Below, piece by piece: positions 17,947 through 24,638 of a stretch of DNA of 51,305 nt (the stretch's first letter is position 1; every line of letters begins with the position of its first letter). The notes beneath the pieces are model-generated. The model worked only from the letters and a program-made list of their open reading frames with translations. It did not search any database and was not told the DNA's origin. The DNA is taken from IMG/VR virus record IMGVR_UViG_3300037882_001299, positions 1-51,305 of that record; one strand, 5' to 3'. Position numbers and translations under genes: made by a program. This DNA comes from a virus (lineage: Duplodnaviria; Caudoviricetes).

Positions 17947-18017
17947 TGCATCGGTGCATCATCTCATTAGTGGGATGATGCGGCCGGTACGCTAACAAGT
18001 ACCGACTATATAGTTAT

Positions 18018-18266
18018 ATGCAAAAAAAAGCAAGTACCCGCTCTAGAGTTAGTAAGACAATGATTGTCACTGTTTCAAAGTTCGGTGATGACCCATTGAA
18101 TGTGACTGTACCAGTTGGTGCATCGGTTGCGGATGTGCTAGAGGCCGCGGGCATCGAGACATCGGGACGTGAGCAAACTTTTGTAGAGGGCGAGGCAGCA
18201 GAAGGGGGCGACATTCTAGAGAATGGTGACATACTTTCTATTGTGACACCAAAACAAGCGGGATAA
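18018..18266 (+). CDS. Ubiquitin-like (beta-grasp, ThiS/MoaD-like) protein
   Basis: V.VPVGASVADVLEAAGI...FVEG...ILENGDILSIV pattern; C-terminal PKQAG. Confidence 0.85.
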   Translation: MQKKASTRSRVSKTMIVTVSKFGDDPLNVTVPVGASVADVLEAAGIETSGREQTFVEGEAAEGGDILENGDILSIVTPKQAG

Positions 18267-18286
18267 TTTAAAAGCCTAATTTATAC

Positions 18287-18317
18287 AAGGGGCGCGGCAA
18301 TATCGCCCGTCCCTTTT
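18287..18317 (+). terminator. Hairpin/attenuator between Ubl and E2-like genes
   Basis: AAGGGGCG...CGTCCCTT stem followed by TTTT. Confidence 0.5.
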
Positions 18318-18324
18318 ATGTACT

Positions 18325-19383
18325 ATGATAAAACAAAAACAGGGCCTAGCGCCTACGGTTGCACTACCCCCGCAATTTGCGGACAAGTACAATCAATTAG
18401 TGCCATCGCCACAAAAGCTGGCAGAGATGGACCTAGCGGAATCAACGGACCGCCTTCTCAGTATACAATCTGACACTGGCGAATATACACGTAGGCTAGA
18501 AAGTCTTAAGCAAAAAGAACTAGAGGAAAAAGAAAAACAAGCCGCGCTTACGTTGGCACTTGAGACGGTGGACATCGCCCCGCACTTGTCACGGATGAAT
18601 AGAGAAAAAAAGGCACTTAGTAAGATACCACTATTAGAGTCAATTGAACTAGGGCGCGACTCTTTAAAGTTTCGCACTAAGGTACTCTTTACACCTATAC
18701 GAACCGGCGACGGTGAACGCACGAACGTGCGGCGGTGTATCGGGGCATTTGAGGTCCGGATTGACTTTTATGATTGTGACATCTATGTAAAAAACCTAAC
18801 TTTTGACAATAACATGACACGCCCACATTGGTCCGTGTATGAAGGGGGCAAGATATGTCAAGGGGAATGGGAAACGGTTTTAGTGGGACTCAAGAATGAT
18901 AGGGAACTAGCGGCGCTTGTAAATACAATGCTTGTATATCTACAGAGTACCGACGACGCGGCGGCGTTTCTGCCGTCCCATCACTGGCTAGTACATCGCA
19001 ATAATTCTGTACGTGATAGAGGCGGTGATATAGAGTTGCTAAGTGTAGGCGACACGGTGGTGATGGTGGCTAATGATTATGTTGACATCGGGGTGCGGGC
19101 GGTGATATCCGAGATACACGAACAGGGCAATAACTATAGACTCGCGGGTGGTAAAAATGCGCTGGGCGGCACATACGCTATCTCTAGCAGTCCGTGGATT
19201 AAAAAAGAAAGTGTAGCGAAAATAACAAAACTTGATTATAAGCGGGCAGTGATGATGCAATCTCTAGAGTACGTTAAAAGTAAGATAAAGCGGACGGGCC
19301 TAAAGAAACGCGAGGACATTATAAAAGAGCTAGACGCTGCCCCCGACGGGCTAACATCTACGCAAGTTAAGGAATTATTTTGA
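18325..19383 (+). CDS. E2/UBC-like conjugating enzyme with N-terminal coiled coil and C-terminal SH3/KOW-like domain
   Basis: RPHWSVYEGGKICQGEW resembles the HPN...G.ICL active-site motif, followed by helix LAALVNTMLVYL; lies between Ubl and JAB. Confidence 0.7.
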   Translation: MIKQKQGLAPTVALPPQFADKYNQLVPSPQKLAEMDLAESTDRLLSIQSDTGEYTRRLESLKQKELEEKEKQAALTLALETVDIAPHLSRMNREKKALSKIPLLESIELGRDSLKFRTKVLFTPIRTGDGERTNVRRCIGAFEVRIDFYDCDIYVKNLTFDNNMTRPHWSVYEGGKICQGEWETVLVGLKNDRELAALVNTMLVYLQSTDDAAAFLPSHHWLVHRNNSVRDRGGDIELLSVGDTVVMVANDYVDIGVRAVISEIHEQGNNYRLAGGKNALGGTYAISSSPWIKKESVAKITKLDYKRAVMMQSLEYVKSKIKRTGLKKREDIIKELDAAPDGLTSTQVKELF

Positions 19384-20201
19384 GTATGATAGCAGAACTA
19401 ACACACAATGCATGGCACAAAATGCGGGCCTACGTTGACAATTGTCCGGATGAGATAAGCGGGCTAGGCAAGGTGGAAATCGTAGATGGTAACTTTTTGG
19501 TTACAGATATCGCAATCTTTGAACAGGTAGTAAGCGCGGCACATTCTGATATACCGGCGGCGGCACTTGCAAAGTTTCAAGTTGAGTTGATTAAAAAGGG
19601 TGAGAATCCTAAAGACTGGTTTTGCTGGTGGCATTCTCATGCTGCTATGAAAACTTTTCTCTCAGGTCGTGATACTGCCACCATCGACGAGTCAACCGAC
19701 TTTAAGATGATGCTATCAATTGTCACGAACCACGCGCACGAGTTTACATCACGTTTTGACTTGTATAGTCCGGTCCGTATGAAACAGGACGTACAAGTAC
19801 AAGTGCTAGAGGAAGAGGACGACGACATCATAAACGAGTGCAAGGCGGAAATCGCTAAAAAGGTATCTAAGCCAGCGCCTAGTGCATATTTAGGATACGG
19901 GCGAGGCGGCGATCATTCGCACAATCACGGCAAAACGCACAATTTTGGTTTTGAGAAAAAAGAGGAACACGAAAAGCTAAAGACACTAAGCATGCCCACA
20001 AAAACACGGCTTGACTTTGATGTTATGGTGGACCTAGAGCAATATAATGATGAGGTGGCCGGACTAGTCGAGGAAATCGCCAACGCACACGCGGCGGGCG
20101 ATATGACACTAGTCAAGATGCTACGTGATGAACTAGAAGACAAAAAGATAGACGGATTCTATGCGGGTTATGAGAAAAGTTATCCCAAAAAATTATCATG
20201 A
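19380..20201 (+). CDS. JAB/MPN+ metallopeptidase (deubiquitinase-like)
   Basis: Catalytic E (DEISG) and WWHSH-x7-S-x2-D JAMM motif. Confidence 0.9.
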   Translation: MSMIAELTHNAWHKMRAYVDNCPDEISGLGKVEIVDGNFLVTDIAIFEQVVSAAHSDIPAAALAKFQVELIKKGENPKDWFCWWHSHAAMKTFLSGRDTATIDESTDFKMMLSIVTNHAHEFTSRFDLYSPVRMKQDVQVQVLEEEDDDIINECKAEIAKKVSKPAPSAYLGYGRGGDHSHNHGKTHNFGFEKKEEHEKLKTLSMPTKTRLDFDVMVDLEQYNDEVAGLVEEIANAHAAGDMTLVKMLRDELEDKKIDGFYAGYEKSYPKKLS

Positions 20202-20833
20202 TAGACTTTAAAAGACAAGTCGCCATGTTTGACCCGTCGAAACACGAGGCCGTACACGCGGTGATTGTGGGATGCGGGAATATAGGCAGCCATACGGCGC
20301 TTGCACTAGTTAGGATGGGAGTTAAAAGGTTTACACTAGTGGACTTTGATACCGTCGAGGGCCACAACCTAAGCAGTCAAGCGTACTCATGGCGCGACAA
20401 GGACAAGTATAAAGTGGACTGCCTAGAGCAGCACATACTGGCAATCAGTCCTAATACGCAAGTTAAAAAGGTGTACAAGGCGTACCAAAATGCCGGATTA
20501 TCACTCGCTAATGAAGTTGTAATTAGTGCCGTTGATTCTATGCAAACGCGGCGCGAGATATGCGAGATGCTGCCCCTTGATATGTTTGTTATAGATGGGC
20601 GGATGGGCGGCGGCCAAATTGAGGTGCATGCACAAAAGGTAAGCGAGTGGGGCGAGACTTTAAAAGTTGAGGGCGACGCGGACCCGTGCGGGGCTAGGTA
20701 TATATCATATACTAGTTACATCATCGCGGGGCTTATCGCTAACACCTTAAAGCGCTACCTACAGGGCGAACGCTATGCAAGTCGTACACTTATGCACACT
20801 AATACCTTAGAAATTATTAAAACAATGGTATGA
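20198..20833 (+). CDS. E1/ThiF-family Ubl-activating enzyme
   Basis: VGCGNIGS nucleotide loop, DFDTVEGHNLSSQ, AVDS, DGRMGG, candidate catalytic Cys in DPCG. Confidence 0.9.
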   Translation: MIDFKRQVAMFDPSKHEAVHAVIVGCGNIGSHTALALVRMGVKRFTLVDFDTVEGHNLSSQAYSWRDKDKYKVDCLEQHILAISPNTQVKKVYKAYQNAGLSLANEVVISAVDSMQTRREICEMLPLDMFVIDGRMGGGQIEVHAQKVSEWGETLKVEGDADPCGARYISYTSYIIAGLIANTLKRYLQGERYASRTLMHTNTLEIIKTMV

Positions 20834-20834
20834 T

Positions 20835-20948
20835 ATGTATGAACGCGCAAAACTCATAGAGCAGTTAAAACTGCTACTAGATACAAAACCAGACAATAAA
20901 ATTAATCGCTTTGCACGCGGGCTACTGCTCGCACTGCTAGGCATGTAG
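20835..20948 (+). CDS. Small protein (37 aa) closing the Ubl operon
   Basis: MYERAKLIEQLKLLLDTKPDNKINRFARGLLLALLGM, starts 1 nt after the E1 stop. Confidence 0.45.
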   Translation: MYERAKLIEQLKLLLDTKPDNKINRFARGLLLALLGM

Positions 20949-20998
20949 TTTACCCTATATCTACCCTGTACCCCCGCAAGGCGCTACAGGCACATTAG

Positions 20999-21024
20999 GC
21001 ACACTTTAAACAGTGTGCTTTTTT
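20999..21024 (+). terminator. Rho-independent terminator
   Basis: GCACACT-TTAAAC-AGTGTGC followed by T6. Confidence 0.75.
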
Positions 21025-21099
21025 GTTTTTCGCGCGACACTCTCAAAAGTTGAGGCGGTCGCGCGGTATATAAAACCGCTTAATAAATAATATATAAAC

Positions 21100-21375
21100 A
21101 TGCGAAAAGTAACGCGGGAAATCGTGGCCGCTTTTGAGGCACGCGAGAAAAGGACGCGAGGCAATACGCGGACCGACGGCGAGACATTGTACCTATTCAA
21201 TAATGCCATCGCGCAATGGCGATATGATGGGCTTTATGTTACTACGGCCGGATGGGATACAGTGACTACACGCGAACGTTTAAACGGTATACGCGGGGTA
21301 TCGGTTACAAGGCATCGGGGCGAGTCACGTTTAAACGGGCAGCCATGGGGCGGCGAGTGGCGGCTAGTATCCTAG
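21100..21375 (+). CDS. Hypothetical early protein
   Basis: 91 aa; GW.TVTTRERLN motif. Confidence 0.7.
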   Translation: MRKVTREIVAAFEAREKRTRGNTRTDGETLYLFNNAIAQWRYDGLYVTTAGWDTVTTRERLNGIRGVSVTRHRGESRLNGQPWGGEWRLVS

Positions 21376-21376
21376 T

Positions 21377-21565
21377 ATGGCAAGACTATACGCGGAAATC
21401 ACCAGCGACAAGGGGGGGCGGGTAGTGGGCAAGAGCGGGGAAAAATACGTGCAAGTGCGATTTATGAACAAGAACAGAGATGTATACATCGCTGTTTGGA
21501 AGGGTGATGAGTTACTCATAACTAATCACGACGGCACACAGGAACTACAGAGGCATACAGCTTAA
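21377..21565 (+). CDS. Hypothetical early protein
   Basis: 62 aa, directly follows the previous ORF. Confidence 0.6.
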   Translation: MARLYAEITSDKGGRVVGKSGEKYVQVRFMNKNRDVYIAVWKGDELLITNHDGTQELQRHTA

Positions 21566-21594
21566 ATAGCACAGCGCACAGGCGCACAGCAAAC

Positions 21595-21621
21595 AAAGCA
21601 CACTTTACAGGTGTGTTTTTT
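21595..21621 (+). terminator. Rho-independent terminator (near copy of 20999-21024)
   Basis: GCACACTT-TAC-AGGTGTGT plus T run. Confidence 0.7.
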
Positions 21622-21824
21622 GTGTCATAACTTATACCATACTTTTATAGATAGTCAAACAACTACGGACCATTGTCATGTATAAAGAGTTGTGCTACGG
21701 ACGCGGCTTACGGACGGGCCATACAAATATTTTATACCGATGACCCCACTCAAGGACCAACAAACGGACGGGGCGTTCGGGGAATTTTCATAATTAATTG
21801 ACATACAAGATTTTGTGTTGGGCA

Positions 21825-22035
21825 TTTGGAGAAAGGTCGTTTTTTAACTTGCCTTTGGGGAGAAAGATTGTTATACTAAACCAGCTCTAGTTTGGAGAAA
21901 ACCTTCTATTTGCCAACAAATATCATTACGTTTTGCGTTTCGAGTTGGTCCAAATGGAGAAATGGTGCTCTGGAGGAAAGCCGTTATTTGTTACGTAAAC
22001 AAGAGAAGCAACATCCCGTACCTCCTTTGGAGAAA
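21825..22035 (+). repeat. Six copies of a (T)TTGGAGAAA-like motif
   Basis: Copies at 21825, 21854, 21891, 21954, 21970, 22026. Confidence 0.75.
21849..21877 (+). promoter_or_regulatory. Sigma70-type promoter of the replication arm
   Basis: TTGCCT-17-TATACT with TG extension. Confidence 0.65.
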
Positions 22036-22089
22036 GTCAATATCTGGATTTGAAGGCTCTCACTTGGCCACGAGGTTATCGTGGCGTAT

Positions 22090-22195
22090 GGGTTGTGTAG
22101 CTCAGTTGGTAGAGCTTGATGACGCGTCTAGACTATGTAGACTAAATACCTACATCGGCGTACACAGTGCGCGGGTTCGAACCCCGCCACATCCC
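22090..22195 (+). ncRNA. tRNA-like RNA with expanded anticodon arm
   Basis: Perfect D arm (TAGCTCAGTTGGTAGAGC) and T arm (GCGGGTTCGAACCCCGC), acceptor GGGTTGTG/CACATCCC, ~50-nt central hairpin. Confidence 0.7.
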
Positions 22196-22197
22196 CT

Positions 22198-22485
22198 ATG
22201 TCAGAAAAAATAATGGAGGATGGAAACGTTGCTTATTTAACAGAATCAAAAAACTGGTACGCGAGACGCATGCCAGACAAGGATAACTGGACAAGTATAG
22301 ATTATTACACATTGGAGGGTAAGTATATAAAACTTCCAAACGGGACCTGCCCAAATTGCAAAGAACATATCCAGTCCAAACACTGTGGTGATTTTGTGCG
22401 CTGTAGTTGTGGAGAGTGCTTTGTTGACACAGACCGTTGGTGCCCAGAGCGAGGACGATTTGGAGGAAATATAATAATAAATTAA
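22198..22485 (+). CDS. Zinc-binding hypothetical protein
   Basis: CPNC...H...CSCGEC motifs. Confidence 0.65.
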   Translation: MSEKIMEDGNVAYLTESKNWYARRMPDKDNWTSIDYYTLEGKYIKLPNGTCPNCKEHIQSKHCGDFVRCSCGECFVDTDRWCPERGRFGGNIIIN

Positions 22486-22487
22486 AT

Positions 22488-23297
22488 ATGGACTATAAAC
22501 CAGACTTTTTAATCATACCTGGTGTGATTGCTTTCGATGAGGACATAACAACGAAGGGTGGATTGCTTTATGCTGTCATCTACTGGATGTCTAAATTAAG
22601 CGGACAGAGGTGTATAGCGTCGAATGTTACTCTTGCAGAGACAATGGGAAGGGGAACTACTCCAGACTATGTTAAGAAACTACTAACTTCTTTGGAGAAG
22701 AAGGGGTATATTGAGCGTGTCTACAAGGCAGGTCGCGTGGACGGAGAACTCATCAGAGAGGAGATTGTTCCTTTGGTTAACTATGGGGGGGTGATGAAAC
22801 CACCTACGGGGGGGGTCGAAACGAGCACTTCGGGGGGGGTCGAAACGAGCACAGATATAAGTAAAACTATTATAAGTAAAAGTAATAAGGAATATATACA
22901 ACTCAGTCAGACTCTAGGTAAGACTCCGCTGTCACGGCTGGGTAAGTTCTATGCGCTACTCTACCGTGACGAGTTCCAGGTGGACCCGAAAGTTTACCTG
23001 AATGGTAAAGAAGGTGGTATTTTGAAGTCTCTGCTGAAAGACTACACTGAGCAGCAACTTGCGGCGCTGTTGATTGCACACTTCAACTGGTACGGACCAC
23101 AGGGGCAGGACGACCGGGAGCACGGACGACTCAAAGACGCAGCCTACCCACTTGCATGGGTCAAGCCAAACCTGAACAAATATATAATATTCCTGAATAG
23201 CATACACAGACTAGACCTGGAGGACAGTAGAGATGTTGCTGACTTTGTAAAGGACTACGTGTGTGGGTTATCCACAGGTGAGGCGCTAGACAGTTAA
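22488..23297 (+). CDS. Replication initiator protein (winged HTH)
   Basis: LLYAVIYWMS...CIASNVTLAETMG...L..LEKKGYI N-terminal HTH; internal iteron linker; start placed at ATG 22488. Confidence 0.75.
   Translation: MDYKPDFLIIPGVIAFDEDITTKGGLLYAVIYWMSKLSGQRCIASNVTLAETMGRGTTPDYVKKLLTSLEKKGYIERVYKAGRVDGELIREEIVPLVNYGGVMKPPTGGVETSTSGGVETSTDISKTIISKSNKEYIQLSQTLGKTPLSRLGKFYALLYRDEFQVDPKVYLNGKEGGILKSLLKDYTEQQLAALLIAHFNWYGPQGQDDREHGRLKDAAYPLAWVKPNLNKYIIFLNSIHRLDLEDSRDVADFVKDYVCGLSTGEALDS
22785..22890. repeat. Putative replication origin: iterons plus AT-rich tract
   Basis: CGGGGGGGGTCGAAACGAGCAC x2 (22807, 22831), a degenerate copy at 22785, then TATAAGTAAAA x2. Confidence 0.65.
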
Positions 23298-23323
23298 ATC
23301 CTAGCATGCTACTCTAACTGAGT

Positions 23324-23653
23324 ATGAATAAAACAATTGTACTTTGTGAGGGAGTGGAAAACTTCCGTGAGAACAGACGAATTATCAAACTTGGTGGTCT
23401 TAAAAGAGTCCCCACCACTGCCCAATTATTAGAAGTTTATAGCGAACACTACCACGGCCCATTATCCTTTGGCCACATACTTGTCAAACTTCGAAGTGAA
23501 GTTCAGGTACGTGAGGACAAAGAAGGTAAACTACACGACCACCATTACCTAGACATCTACACTTGCCTCAAATGCAAACCAGGTGTAGAGTGCTTAAGGA
23601 GTGGTTGGGAGATAGGTTGGTGGAATGGTACAGAGTCTAAGAAATTAAAGTAG
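23324..23653 (+). CDS. Hypothetical protein
   Basis: 109 aa; 8 nt after TAGACA-17-TACTCT promoter, which is preceded by a DnaA box (23268-23276). Confidence 0.6.
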   Translation: MNKTIVLCEGVENFRENRRIIKLGGLKRVPTTAQLLEVYSEHYHGPLSFGHILVKLRSEVQVREDKEGKLHDHHYLDIYTCLKCKPGVECLRSGWEIGWWNGTESKKLK

Positions 23654-23734
23654 TATGAAAAAAAGACAAGCCATAGATGAGTTACTGTCCGAGCTAGACA
23701 CCCCCTTACCAGAAGTTTAACTATAAAATGAGTT

Positions 23735-23965
23735 ATGAAAATAAAAGCAACAGTAGATAAAGCAAACGAAGCGCTAGCAAAAATCCAACAAGCGGGGTCA
23801 CTCTCAATGACGGACAACAAAGGCAGCTTCTCAGTAAAAGGCGTAGTGGGTCGTTTTTCCTACGACAGTGAAGCTGAAGAACTAACTGTGGTGATAGATG
23901 ACAAGCCGTGGCTAGTGTCACAAGACTACGTCGAAAGCGAGATTAGAAACTTCTTCAAGAACTAA
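23735..23965 (+). CDS. Hypothetical protein
   Basis: 76 aa ORF. Confidence 0.65.
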   Translation: MKIKATVDKANEALAKIQQAGSLSMTDNKGSFSVKGVVGRFSYDSEAEELTVVIDDKPWLVSQDYVESEIRNFFKN

Positions 23966-23966
23966 C

Positions 23967-24245
23967 ATGAAAGAAACACTACTACAAAGATGCCAGCGAC
24001 TTGCTCGTGAAAAGTATGCACAAGACTCAGGCGAAAAGGCTCACAACCTATTGTCGGCAGAAGAACTTGATGAACTAATCGCCAACACTCTCAAACAAGC
24101 GGCTGAGGAGGTAGGCAGCATTATAGAAAAAAGCAATGAGGATTTTGAGAACGAGCCTCTTCACCCTGTAGCGCCATTCAACACTGGCTATAACACAGCC
24201 CTCACAGAAGCTCAAAAGGTGCTTATAGGAGAATTAGATATATAG
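23967..24245 (+). CDS. Hypothetical protein
   Basis: 92 aa ORF. Confidence 0.6.
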   Translation: MKETLLQRCQRLAREKYAQDSGEKAHNLLSAEELDELIANTLKQAAEEVGSIIEKSNEDFENEPLHPVAPFNTGYNTALTEAQKVLIGELDI

Positions 24246-24250
24246 TACTT

Positions 24251-24460
24251 ATGAAAGAATCATTTATCAAATTCCTAGGGGAGCATCCAGAGCAGAGATT
24301 CTGGCAAGCACTTAGGAATTGGACCAGAGAAAACATTGACGCAGATTGTAACTACATTCTTTTGGCCCCCGCGCACTTCGAAGAATCAGAAGAGAAGGTA
24401 GCCCTTGCCAGCCTTAAGGACACATTCTACTATGAAGACAATAGAATCAGAAAGGGATGA
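24251..24460 (+). CDS. Hypothetical protein
   Basis: 69 aa; HPEQRFWQALRNW...DTFY. Confidence 0.6.
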   Translation: MKESFIKFLGEHPEQRFWQALRNWTRENIDADCNYILLAPAHFEESEEKVALASLKDTFYYEDNRIRKG

Positions 24461-24638
24461 GATTAGACTAAGGACAGAGTTTAAGAGGATTATCAGCGAA
24501 TCGTTCATTCATCCAGAATTATTATCTATAAAGGATGTGCCGGACGGATTTAACATGGTAAACAAGGCGGGCGTTGACTTGGCGACAGACAAGATTTATC
24601 AGTTAATGGTTAAAGAAAGCAATGGATGGAAAAATTAA
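24426..24638 (+). CDS. Hypothetical protein
   Basis: ~70 aa from ATG; overlaps both neighbours. Confidence 0.45.
   Translation, partial: STMKTIESERDEIRLRTEFKRIISESFIHPELLSIKDVPDGFNMVNKAGVDLATDKIYQLMVKESNGWKN

Noticed and set aside
18018-20833. ThiS/ThiF or MoaD/MoeB cofactor-biosynthesis (sulfur-carrier) operon
   Set aside because: No ThiG, MoaE, desulfurase or rhodanese partners, and an E2-like gene is embedded; conjugation fits better, though it is not proven
21825-22035. CRISPR array
   Set aside because: Repeats are only ~10 nt, degenerate and irregularly spaced; no cas operon (27950-28861 is a stand-alone PD-(D/E)XK nuclease)
22090-22195. Amber suppressor tRNA / stop-codon recoding
   Set aside because: CTA is not in a canonical 7-nt loop, and genes are intact in code 11 with TAG, TGA and TAA all used as stops
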